In this document: piece by piece, positions 8,829-17,432 of the stretch
Layout: every line of letters begins with the position of its first letter
How positions within the stretch are numbered: the stretch's first letter is position 1
Assembly: GCA_044451405.1 (NCBI GenBank)
Contig: JBIOKB010000012.1
Span: forward strand, 1 to 26,957
From: Candidatus Babeliales bacterium
Lineage (GTDB): Bacteria > Babelota > Babeliae > Babelales > Vermiphilaceae
Length of the DNA: 26,957 nt
Direction of reading: 5' to 3'
Notes under the pieces: generated by a model
Told to the model about the DNA's origin: nothing
What the model saw: the letters and a program-made list of their open reading frames with translations, nothing else
Databases searched by the model: none
Made by a program: the position numbers and the translations under genes

Positions 8829-9821
8829 TCATGGTGAAGGAATCGTCGTAAGAATTTTATGCACAATATAATCAGGTTTAACATCTTCCGCTTCTGCTTC
8901 ATAGCTGAGTGCTATCCGATGACGTAGTATTGCAGGAGCTACAGCCTTAACATCATCGGGTGTAACAAAGTGACGATGTTTTAAAAAGGCATGAGCTTTT
9001 GCTGCGTGCTGTAATGCAATGGTAGCACGTGGTGATACGCCATAACGAATAAACGGTTTTATCTCTTTTAGTCCGAATGATTCTGGTTTACGGGTAGCAA
9101 ATACGATAGTTACAATGTAATCAGAAATTTTACTATCGATGTAGATTGCTGCTGCTAATGTTTGTGCTTGTTGTAGATCATCTTTGGTTATGACCTGTGC
9201 AAGTGTTTGTATGTCTAATGTTTTATTGAGAATTTCACGCTCTTCTTTCATGCTTGGATATTCAACAAGGAGTTTGAACATAAAGCGATCAACCTGAGCT
9301 TCAGGTAAGCGATAGGTTCCTTCTTGTTCTAAAGGATTTTGGGTAGCAAAGACTAAAAATGGTTTATCAAGATGGAAGGTGGTTGATCCGATGGTCACTT
9401 GTTGTTCCTGCATTGCTTCAAGGAGCGCAGATTGTACTTTTGCAGGAGCTCGGTTTATTTCGTCAGCAAGAATAAGGTTAGCAAAGATGGGTCCTTTTTT
9501 TGTCTCAAATTCATGTGTTTTGGGATTATAGATTAATGATCCAATCACATCAGCAGGAAGTAAATCAGGAGTAAATTGGATACGATTAAAATCAAGGCCG
9601 AGTGCTTTATTAAATGCTTTAATGAGAGTAGTTTTTGCAACACCAGGTACTCCCTCAAGGAGTATATGGCCATTACACAACAGTGCTATAACTGTATGAT
9701 GGATGATATCATGGTGTCCTACAATTATTTTTCCTACTTCGGTATGTAAGTTATGTATGCGGTTACTTACATCCTTAATCTGATCAATAACTGGTGTAGT
9801 ATGTGGCATGGTTTCCAACAT
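8829..9821 (-). CDS. moxR: MoxR-family AAA+ ATPase
   Basis: GHILLEGVPGVAKT (Walker A), RIQFTPDLLPAD, ILADEINRAPAKVQSALLEAMQE, ATQNPLEQEGTYRLPEAQVDRF. Start placed at ATG 9821, which has AAAGGT 7 nt upstream; the ORF track extends to 9845. Confidence 0.93.
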   Translation of the reverse strand: MLETMPHTTPVIDQIKDVSNRIHNLHTEVGKIIVGHHDIIHHTVIALLCNGHILLEGVPGVAKTTLIKAFNKALGLDFNRIQFTPDLLPADVIGSLIYNPKTHEFETKKGPIFANLILADEINRAPAKVQSALLEAMQEQQVTIGSTTFHLDKPFLVFATQNPLEQEGTYRLPEAQVDRFMFKLLVEYPSMKEEREILNKTLDIQTLAQVITKDDLQQAQTLAAAIYIDSKISDYIVTIVFATRKPESFGLKEIKPFIRYGVSPRATIALQHAAKAHAFLKHRHFVTPDDVKAVAPAILRHRIALSYEAEAEDVKPDYIVHKILTTIPSP

Positions 9822-10010
9822 CGTTGTTACCTTTCTTTGCTTCATTACTGTTTATGTGTGGGTGTGCTGTACCCATATATAGTGTGCTTGGCGCACCGTG
9901 TAGTACAATCACCATAGAAATTCATAAAAAGATGTCTATTATTGTATCAATCTTACTACAATCTTACAAATACGTAGTTTGTTTATTATTGGTGTGAACA
10001 GGAGTTTTAT

Positions 10011-10535
10011 ATGATTCTTTCTGGAAAAGAAATTAGACGCCGGTTAGGCAAAGAAATTATTATTGATCCCTTTAATAGCGCGCAGCTTGGTCCTAATAGT
10101 TACAACTTACGGCTCCATAATGAATTGTTAGTATATAAAGATCCTATTCTCGATATGAAAAAACAACATGAAGTAACTTCACTTGTTATTCCTCAAGAAG
10201 GACTAGTGCTTGAACCGGGAGTTTTATATCTTGGTAGAACTATGGAATATACGGTTACCGAGCATTATGTACCCATGCTTGAAGGACGCTCGTCTATTGG
10301 ACGCCTTGGCTTATTTATTCATATTACTGCTGGATTTGGCGATGTTGGATTTAAGGGATATTGGACCTTGGAAATTTCTTGTATCCATCCTATTAGAATC
10401 TATCCGCAGGTAGAGATCTGTCAGATTTTTTACCATACCATTGAAGGGGATTACGAATTGTATACGAGCAACAAATATCAAAATAACCGGGGAATTCAGC
10501 CAAGCATGCTCTATAAAGATTTTGAATTGTTATAG
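10011..10535 (+). CDS. dcd: dCTP deaminase
   Basis: MILS start, QLGPNSYNLRL, EGRSSIGRLG, AGFGDVGFKGYWTLEI, ICQIFY, KYQNNRG; AGGAG SD upstream. Confidence 0.93.
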   Translation: MILSGKEIRRRLGKEIIIDPFNSAQLGPNSYNLRLHNELLVYKDPILDMKKQHEVTSLVIPQEGLVLEPGVLYLGRTMEYTVTEHYVPMLEGRSSIGRLGLFIHITAGFGDVGFKGYWTLEISCIHPIRIYPQVEICQIFYHTIEGDYELYTSNKYQNNRGIQPSMLYKDFELL

Positions 10536-10543
10536 TTGAGGAA

Positions 10544-10601
10544 CCCATTCATATCCTGGTGTGCCTGGGCACACTATTTTGTCAAGCTCAGGACGAACGG
10601 G
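10544..10601. repeat. Palindromic repeat family A, intergenic copy between convergent dcd and mlaF
   Basis: Minus strand CCCGTTCGTCCTGAGCTTGACAAAATAGTGTGCCCAGGCACACCAGGATATGAATGGG: outer stem plus inner GTGTGC/GCACAC hairpin. Inverted copy of 210-267. Confidence 0.9.
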
Positions 10602-10606
10602 GAGTG

Positions 10607-11368
10607 TTATAGAGATTTGGTATTAAAATCAGTGTTGATGGGACCCTGTGGAAGACCACGAATAAATTGATACACGTACGGATTATCTGATTCCCATATA
10701 GTTTTGGCATCACCAAAATATTTGATAACGCCATCATATAAGAGCGCTACTTTATCAGCGTACTTAAAAACCTCTACATCGTGGGAAACAACAACTGAGG
10801 TAAGGTTAAGTTTTTTCTGCATATCAAACATAAGTTCATGAATAACTCGCGTAGTAATTGGGTCCAACCCTGTAGTTGGCTCATCATATAAAACGATTTT
10901 AGGATTGGTCACCAGCGTGCGCGCTAGGCCGACACGCTTTCTCATACCACCAGAAAGTTCTGAAGGATATTTTGTTAATATATCTTCATCTAATTGAACA
11001 AGCGCGAGCTTTTCTTTAACGATGGGGAGCACCTCTTTTTCAGATACATTATTTTCTAGTAACGTGATACCGATGTTTTCAAAAATAGTTAGTGAATCAA
11101 GCAGTGCTGCAAATTGAAACACGTAGCCAACTTTTGAATAATATTTTTGCATCTGTTCTTCTGATAGATGGGTTACATTAACATTATCGATAAATACATC
11201 GCCTTCAGTTGGTCGAATAAGGCCGATAATTTGCTTAAGAAGTACTGATTTACCTTCCCCAGATCGTCCGATAATAACTGTCATGCAATTATCAGGGATT
11301 TCAAGGGTAACGCCATTAGTGACCCATTTAGTATCAAATTTTTTTTTGAGGTTAGCGAGCCTAATCAT
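10607..11368 (-). CDS. mlaF: MlaF/Mkl-family ABC transporter ATP-binding protein (lipid asymmetry/MCE system)
   Basis: GRSGEGKS Walker A, VFQFAALLDSL, ELSGGMRKRVGLAR, LYDEPTTGLDP, VVSHD, C-terminal NPYVYQFI; adjacent to mlaE. Confidence 0.9.
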   Translation of the reverse strand: MIRLANLKKKFDTKWVTNGVTLEIPDNCMTVIIGRSGEGKSVLLKQIIGLIRPTEGDVFIDNVNVTHLSEEQMQKYYSKVGYVFQFAALLDSLTIFENIGITLLENNVSEKEVLPIVKEKLALVQLDEDILTKYPSELSGGMRKRVGLARTLVTNPKIVLYDEPTTGLDPITTRVIHELMFDMQKKLNLTSVVVSHDVEVFKYADKVALLYDGVIKYFGDAKTIWESDNPYVYQFIRGLPQGPINTDFNTKSL

Positions 11369-11376
11369 ACAGATCC

Positions 11377-12156
11377 TTATAAGCGTTCAAGGAGTTTGGT
11401 AAGAAAATAGTTACTCATAAGGATGAGTACCGAACTGACAACCACGCTTTGGGTGGTTGAAATACCAACACCACGTGCACCGCCAGACGTATAAAATCCT
11501 TTGTAGGTTCCTACCCAGGTTAAAATGAGGCCAAATGCCGCAGCTTTAGTAAGGCCGCCACGAATATCAGAAAGTTCAACATAGGCTTTAATACCGTTGA
11601 TATAATCTTCTGGGCTTAATAACAGAACGTATACGCAAATTATATAACCGCCTACAATGCCACAAATCATGGCAAATATGGTAAGAAACGGAAGAATAAT
11701 TGTGCCTGCAAGAATGCGGGGTACCACCAAATATTGAAAGGTATTAATACGCAGCGTTTGGAGCGCATCAATTTGTTCGGTAATGCGCATGGTACCAATT
11801 TCAGCAGTAATTGCAGATCCAGCACGCCCAGTTACCATAAGGCCGGTAAGTACAGGGCCTAATTCGCGAATGAGTCCGAGTGCAACAACAGGGCCGATAA
11901 ATTGTTCACCACCAACGCGCTGAAATCCGATATAACTTTGCAATGCAAATACCATGCCGGTAAAAGATCCGGTGAGCACGGTAATATTGAGTGAATCAAC
12001 ACCAATATTACTCATGTGACTGAAAACTTTTGCAAGCTTAAGACGAGTAGTACACAGAATTTTAATAGCTTTATATAAAAATAAGGTAAAAACACCAACG
12101 CGATCTGCAATGGCAATGGTAATGGTGCCTATGGCGTTCACAAATTCTATTACCAC
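11377..12156 (-). CDS. mlaE: MlaE-family ABC permease
   Basis: RELGPVLTGLMVTGRAGSAITAEIGTMRITEQIDAL and GGARGVGISTTQSVV are MlaE signatures; GTG start with GGAG SD. Confidence 0.94.
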   Translation of the reverse strand: MVIEFVNAIGTITIAIADRVGVFTLFLYKAIKILCTTRLKLAKVFSHMSNIGVDSLNITVLTGSFTGMVFALQSYIGFQRVGGEQFIGPVVALGLIRELGPVLTGLMVTGRAGSAITAEIGTMRITEQIDALQTLRINTFQYLVVPRILAGTIILPFLTIFAMICGIVGGYIICVYVLLLSPEDYINGIKAYVELSDIRGGLTKAAAFGLILTWVGTYKGFYTSGGARGVGISTTQSVVVSSVLILMSNYFLTKLLERL

Positions 12157-12189
12157 TCTCTCTCCTTATTTAGGCTTCGACGAGAATTA

Positions 12190-12477
12190 TTAGTTAGTGT
12201 GGCGTGGCATAGCTGCCATGCGTCGGGTATATAATGAACGCTTACCTTCATGATTCTTTAATAGGGTTAACCCGAGTGAGCCGAACATAAATAGAAAGCC
12301 TAAGATCCAGGTAGTTTTCTGAAATACATCTTGGCCACCAGAGCCGCCAAAAAGCATTTGTGCGCCGCCACCTAAGCCACCAATACCAATACTGCTTTTA
12401 CCTTGTTGGATAAGAACGAGCAAGATTAATAAGAAACAAACCAATATAAAAAGTGTGATAAGTAAGCCGTATAACAT
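12190..12477 (-). CDS. secG: Preprotein translocase subunit SecG
   Basis: Two TM helices separated by VLIQQGK...GGG...LFG; canonical position downstream of tpiA. Confidence 0.9.
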   Translation of the reverse strand: MLYGLLITLFILVCFLLILLVLIQQGKSSIGIGGLGGGAQMLFGGSGGQDVFQKTTWILGFLFMFGSLGLTLLKNHEGKRSLYTRRMAAMPRHTN

Positions 12478-12511
12478 GGTTTCTCCGTGATTAGATATAA
12501 TCTATGTACGA

Positions 12512-13258
12512 TTAACAAGATACTATGTTCTTAATTTTTTTAAAATCAAGACTTGCATTCCCTATTAAAAAGCCACCAAGATGATTGACGCTCTTTAATG
12601 CTGGCGCATTATCTTCATTAATGCTTCCTCCATATAAAAAACGATAGGTAACCTGCGTAGTAAGGGTAGCGCATGTTTCATGGAGCCATGCAAATATCTC
12701 CTGTAGATAGGTGATAGGAGCAACTACACCAGTGCCGATAGACCAAACCGGTTCGTAGGCGATGTATATAGCAAGGTTGGTCTGATTGTATTGGTTGAGC
12801 ACATCAGTTACAAGATTCAGTTGTTGTAAAAGTGTTTCACGTGTTGTATGCACTTTATACTGTTCCTGTGTTTCTCCAATACAGATGATAGGTGTTATCT
12901 GATGAGTAAGTAAGCGTTCTACTTGAGCAGCCACTTCCCGATCGGTAACCTGGTGATAGTGCCGTTGTTCGCTATGTCCCACAATGCAGTACGTGCATCC
13001 TAGTTCGCGGAGCGATTCAGCTGATACGTCACCAGTATATGCACCCCTATGATGCATAGAACAATTTTGTGCACCAAGATGGAGCGGCGTGTTGGCAATG
13101 TGTTGCGCAATGGGATACAGTGCTTCATATGAAGGACACAGTACCAGTTCATGCTGACGAGCAAGCTCTATAAGATCATCACGATGGTTAGTAATAAATG
13201 CGCCTGCTTGGGCACACGTAAAATTCATCTTCCAATTAGCTACGTAGAGAAAGGCCAT
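12512..13258 (-). CDS. tpiA: Triosephosphate isomerase
   Basis: ANWKMN (catalytic Lys), GAYTGDVS, IVGHSEQR (His), IAYEPVWSIGTG (Glu), LYGGS, GFLIGNASL. Confidence 0.95.
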   Translation of the reverse strand: MAFLYVANWKMNFTCAQAGAFITNHRDDLIELARQHELVLCPSYEALYPIAQHIANTPLHLGAQNCSMHHRGAYTGDVSAESLRELGCTYCIVGHSEQRHYHQVTDREVAAQVERLLTHQITPIICIGETQEQYKVHTTRETLLQQLNLVTDVLNQYNQTNLAIYIAYEPVWSIGTGVVAPITYLQEIFAWLHETCATLTTQVTYRFLYGGSINEDNAPALKSVNHLGGFLIGNASLDFKKIKNIVSC

Positions 13259-13620
13259 GATGATAGTCCTGAAGGTTGCGCGGGTTCAAATTCTTTTATG
13301 CGTTGTTTAAGCTCTTTTTCTAGTTGTTGTTGTACATCTTTTGTTTTTTTACCAGTCATTTTACACGCTCTTGTTATGAGCTGTGACATAGAAAGATCAA
13401 ACCGTTGTTTGCATAAATTTTCGGGATAACGTTGTTTTGCGTATAGAACTTCTATGGCTAGAAAATTGAGGCATAAATTTTTGTCTTCTCTGTCCCATAT
13501 TGTTTTAGGGGTGTCTAAAGGAGGTAGGGTATTTAATATCTCCATGCCATGGCTTAAAAAATATACCCCGAGGGAAAGTATAAAAAATAAGCTTTTGGTG
13601 TGCCTGCTATTTTTTATCAT
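13240..13620 (-). CDS. Hypothetical protein with probable signal peptide
   Basis: 126-aa ORF, basic N-terminus plus hydrophobic stretch (LFFILSLGVYFL), AAGGAA SD upstream; overlaps the tpiA start by 19 nt. No family recognised. Confidence 0.6.
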   Translation of the reverse strand: MIKNSRHTKSLFFILSLGVYFLSHGMEILNTLPPLDTPKTIWDREDKNLCLNFLAIEVLYAKQRYPENLCKQRFDLSMSQLITRACKMTGKKTKDVQQQLEKELKQRIKEFEPAQPSGLSSWPFST

Positions 13621-13762
13621 GATAAAGGCTTCCTTGGATTAAAAAGATACCCATCTAACGCTTGCTACTGTAATAAAACCCCCCATTTTTTGCAAGAATA
13701 TACCCTAAATTTAGGTGTTTTCAGGTTCAAAGCCTCCTATTGGTTATATTTCAAATAGGAAA

Positions 13763-13790
13763 TTGACTAAATGGCTCTATCTGGTATAGT
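13763..13790 (+). promoter_or_regulatory. Sigma70-type promoter with extended -10 for the 13885 gene
   Basis: TTGACT (13763-13768), 16-nt spacer, TG-g-TATAGT (-10 at 13785-13790). Confidence 0.55.
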
Positions 13791-13819
13791 AGGGGTATAA
13801 GCTAAATTTATTGAATTTT

Positions 13820-13870
13820 ATCCAGCCTTCGCTTATCCGGGCTTCCAGGCTCGGCAAGTTACGGCGGACT
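13820..13870. repeat. Palindromic repeat family B, intergenic/5'-leader copy
   Basis: GC-rich island in AT-rich intergenic DNA; minus strand GTCCGCCGTAACTT-[hairpin]-AAGCGAAGGCTGGA; arms similar to 116-170. Confidence 0.65.
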
Positions 13871-13884
13871 ACCGGGGGGAAATT

Positions 13885-14814
13885 ATGAAAATCATGAATT
13901 ATCTAGTACTCGGCTTGGCACTGGCAGCATGTGGGAACGCATTTGGGGCAGAAAGTGTAAAGCAAGAAGAAGCAAAGATAAAAAAACAAAAAGCAATCGC
14001 AGCTATGCATAGTGCTACCACTATAGAAGAACTTGAAAAAGCTCTAGCAGATGGTGCACAAACAGATAATATTCTAGCCTACGGTGTGGACTCTTATGGT
14101 GGTAACTACAGAGCTTTATTATGTAGTGTGGCGATCAACCCTGAAGCACATGAAGAATTAATCCCTTGGATTGTTAAGCAGAAGGGAAATATGGTGCCAT
14201 GGACTGGTAAAATAAACGTTCAGAGAACCAAAGAAACAGTAACAATGCAAGATAGCTCTCCGATTTTTAATGTAGTGGAGCATGGTATAATTTGTGATAA
14301 TTATTCAGAGGAGGGGGCTTTAAGTCTATTACAAAAAAGATGTAAAGCACTTATAAACGTTGGTTATCCATTATGTATTCCTGTCATAACAGTATTTATG
14401 CCCAATAGTCCTGACCAGAGGAAGATGATAACAGGAGATGTTTTTGCAGATGCAGCAAAAAGAAATTTCGAAAATAGTTGTGGGCTTGCACAAGATCCTG
14501 TTACTCCTCATTTATATGATTATCAGTGTACGGGCACACTTGCTATATGCAAGGTTATTCATGAAGCAGGTACAAGCCGATCTCAAAAATTGAAAGAACA
14601 GTTATCAGATGCATTAAGGATGATGTCTCTCGATATAATTAATAGGGTTATTTTTCAGTACATTTGTCTTGATGATAAAGAACTAACAAAAATAGAAGAA
14701 ATTCTTAAGGATCCACGCGCACAATCTTACTTAGTTAAACTGGAAGAATCACAAGCAAAAGAAGCAGCAGAAGGTGAACGAAAAGAAGCCGCAGCTGAAG
14801 TGATCTTAGCGTAA
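13885..14814 (+). CDS. Secreted or lipoprotein hypothetical protein
   Basis: 309-aa ORF with GGGGGGA SD and signal peptide MKIMNYLVLGLALAAC (lipobox LAAC, or SPase I site AFG-A). No family recognised. Confidence 0.75.
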   Translation: MKIMNYLVLGLALAACGNAFGAESVKQEEAKIKKQKAIAAMHSATTIEELEKALADGAQTDNILAYGVDSYGGNYRALLCSVAINPEAHEELIPWIVKQKGNMVPWTGKINVQRTKETVTMQDSSPIFNVVEHGIICDNYSEEGALSLLQKRCKALINVGYPLCIPVITVFMPNSPDQRKMITGDVFADAAKRNFENSCGLAQDPVTPHLYDYQCTGTLAICKVIHEAGTSRSQKLKEQLSDALRMMSLDIINRVIFQYICLDDKELTKIEEILKDPRAQSYLVKLEESQAKEAAEGERKEAAAEVILA

Positions 14815-14831
14815 ACAAATACACATAGAAG

Positions 14832-14873
14832 AATAGATAAAGGATGACCGTAAAAAGTCATCCTTTATCTATT
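14832..14873. terminator. Hairpin between convergent genes, probable (bidirectional) terminator
   Basis: Perfect 17-bp inverted repeat AATAGATAAAGGATGAC / GTCATCCTTTATCTATT with an 8-nt loop, overlapping the clpB stop codon. Confidence 0.7.
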
Positions 14874-17428
14874 ATGACCGAATCTTTTTTCATGGTAGCC
14901 GCAATGTTTTTTTCATCAGGATGTTTGAGTATAAACTGGGAGAGGGGGACGGTAATCAGATTTTGTATCGTCCGCTTCAGTGGCCGCGCGCCAAACTCTT
15001 TTTCATACCCCACTTGCGCGATGTGTTTGATAACTTTATCATGCACGGTTAACGTGATCTGTTGTTCTTTTAGTCGATTTTCCAACTCACGTATCTGAAT
15101 ACGTGCAATTGTTGCTACATCCTCTTCTGTTAACATTCTAAAGAAGATAATAGCATCAATACGATTTAAAAATTCAGGACGGAATGTTTTGCGTAACAAC
15201 GCGGTAATCGATTCTTTTATTTTTTCCGTTAATTCCTGTGCTTGTAAGATGAGCTCTGAGCCTATATTAGACGTCATGATGATGATGCAGTTTTTGAATG
15301 AAACAACGCGCCCTTGTCCATCAGTTAAATGCCCTTCATCCAGAATCTGTAAAAAGATGTTAAATACATCAGGATGCGCTTTTTCAATTTCATCAAATAA
15401 CACTACGCTATACGGATTGCGCCGCACTTGTTCGGTTAATTGGCCACCTTCTTCATAGCCAACATAGCCAGGAGGCGCACCAATAAGACGGGCCACCGAA
15501 TGTTTTTCCATGTATTCCGACATATCAATGCGGATCATTTTATGAGGATCATTAAACAGAAAATCGGCCAATGTTTTTGCAACTTCTGTTTTACCAACGC
15601 CGGTAGGGCCTAAGAATAAAAATGATCCAATAGGGCGGTTAGGGTTGGTAAGGCCGGTGCGATGCATTTGAATAGCATGGGTAATAGCAGTAATTGCTTC
15701 ATCTTGCCCAATAACACGTTTTTTAAGAACATCTTCCATGGAAAGAAGTTTTTCTGTTTCACTTGCTTGGAGTTTTTCTACGGGAATTTTAGTCCACCGA
15801 GAAAGTACGTTGGCAATATCATACTCATCTACTTGTTGTTTGATGAGCGTCGTTTTGAGACCTTTAATTTTTTCTTGTTCTTTAGCAATTTCTTTTTCAA
15901 GTTTTGCGATCATGCCATATTTAATTTCAGACGCTTTTGCATAATCGCCATCACGTTCGGCAGAATGAAACTTGTAGGTTGCAGATTCTAACTCTTCTTT
16001 GAGTTTGTTTATTTTTTCAAGCGGCGCCCGCTCAGCTTTCCATCGATTGATGAGGGTGTTGTATTCTTCTTTTAAGTTTGCAAGTTCTTTTTCCAGGTCA
16101 GCAAGGCGTGCTTGTGCCGCAGCATCTTCCTTTTCTTTAGTTAATGCAACTTTTTCAATTTCAAGTTGCCGTATGTGGCGCTGCAATTTATCGATACTTT
16201 CTGGTTGAGAATCAATAGACATTTTAACCATGGCAGCTGCTTCATCAACAAGATCAATAGCTTTATCTGGTAAAAAACGATCAGGAATATATTTGGCGGA
16301 TAATACCACCGCATCAACGAGTGCCTGATCTTTGATTCTAATACCATGATGAAGCTCATACCGCTCTTTAAGGCCGCGTAAAATAGAAATAGCATCTTCT
16401 ACCGTTGGCTCTTCAACTAATACTTTTTGGAATCGGCGCTCAAGTGCTGCATCTTTCTCAATATATTTTTTATATTCTTTAAGGGTTGTTGCACCAATGC
16501 AATGCAGTTCTCCGCGTGCAAGTGCAGGCTTTAATAAATTAGAAGCGTCCATGCCGCCAGCTCCCGTCGATCCAGCGCCTACAAGCATATGTAGTTCATC
16601 AATAAAAAGAATAATCTGATCGCCACTTTTCTCTATCTCTTGTAACAGTCCTTTAAGCCGTTCTTCAAATTCGCCCTGATATTTTGTACCGGCAACAAGG
16701 GCGCCTAAATCAAGTGCGTATATAATTTTATCTTTTAAGCTTTCTGGAACATCATTTTCAATAATCCGTTGTGCAATACCTTCAACAATGGCTGTTTTAC
16801 CAACACCTGGTTCACCGATGAGAACCGGATTATTTTTAGTTCGTCGTGACAGAATTTGAATGACGCGGCGAATTTGTTCATGACGGCCAATGACCGGATC
16901 CAATTTGCCTTGGCGTGCAAGGTCAGTGATGTTTTTACAATACTTTTCAAGCACTTGGTACTGAGATTCTGCACTTTTACTCTGCGCACCTTTTCCTTTG
17001 CGCAATGAGTTCATGTAAGTAAGTATCGCATCTTTAGTGAACTGGTACTGCTTAAAAAAAGCGCGGATTGATGAGGGTAGATGCGGTGTTGTTGCCCACG
17101 CAAGAATAAAATGTTCAAGGCTTATATAGGTATCACCAAGCGCATCAGCCTCCTTTTTGCAGCTTTGTAAAAACTGCTCAAACTGTTGATCAATAGATAA
17201 GCGTGCGCCGTATACCTGGGGCATTGTTGCAAATTCATGCTGAATGAGGTTACTCAATTCTTCTAGCGGGATACCAAGTACATTAAAAAAAGTGTGGCAA
17301 AATTCATATTCAATACCTGCATACAGTGTATGAATAGGTTGTAGTGTAGGATGATGGTAATCAGATGCAATTGCTGCTGAGCGATTGATAAGTTCTTGGC
17401 TGGCATGCGTTAATTGTTCAGCGATCAT
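14858..17428 (-). CDS. clpB: ATP-dependent chaperone ClpB
   Basis: Clp N domain, NBD1 ([24 protein letters not shown]), coiled-coil middle domain, NBD2 ([42 protein letters not shown]); 856 aa. Confidence 0.97.
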   Translation of the reverse strand: MIAEQLTHASQELINRSAAIASDYHHPTLQPIHTLYAGIEYEFCHTFFNVLGIPLEELSNLIQHEFATMPQVYGARLSIDQQFEQFLQSCKKEADALGDTYISLEHFILAWATTPHLPSSIRAFFKQYQFTKDAILTYMNSLRKGKGAQSKSAESQYQVLEKYCKNITDLARQGKLDPVIGRHEQIRRVIQILSRRTKNNPVLIGEPGVGKTAIVEGIAQRIIENDVPESLKDKIIYALDLGALVAGTKYQGEFEERLKGLLQEIEKSGDQIILFIDELHMLVGAGSTGAGGMDASNLLKPALARGELHCIGATTLKEYKKYIEKDAALERRFQKVLVEEPTVEDAISILRGLKERYELHHGIRIKDQALVDAVVLSAKYIPDRFLPDKAIDLVDEAAAMVKMSIDSQPESIDKLQRHIRQLEIEKVALTKEKEDAAAQARLADLEKELANLKEEYNTLINRWKAERAPLEKINKLKEELESATYKFHSAERDGDYAKASEIKYGMIAKLEKEIAKEQEKIKGLKTTLIKQQVDEYDIANVLSRWTKIPVEKLQASETEKLLSMEDVLKKRVIGQDEAITAITHAIQMHRTGLTNPNRPIGSFLFLGPTGVGKTEVAKTLADFLFNDPHKMIRIDMSEYMEKHSVARLIGAPPGYVGYEEGGQLTEQVRRNPYSVVLFDEIEKAHPDVFNIFLQILDEGHLTDGQGRVVSFKNCIIIMTSNIGSELILQAQELTEKIKESITALLRKTFRPEFLNRIDAIIFFRMLTEEDVATIARIQIRELENRLKEQQITLTVHDKVIKHIAQVGYEKEFGARPLKRTIQNLITVPLSQFILKHPDEKNIAATMKKDSVIIDKG

Positions 17429-17432
17429 GGAA

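Noticed and set aside
9803-9997. 64-aa plus-strand ORF between moxR and dcd
   Set aside because: Overlaps the moxR start, fills a divergent promoter region and has no convincing start, SD or motif.
12157-12189. tRNA-Leu often found downstream of secG
   Set aside because: The gap is only 33 nt; no cloverleaf or GTTCRA T-arm seen here or in other intergenic regions.
12512-13258. TpiA motif deviations (GHSEQR, IGNASL) as a sign of inactivation
   Set aside because: Catalytic Lys, His and Glu and the loop 6/YGGS motifs are intact; the deviations do not support pseudogenisation.
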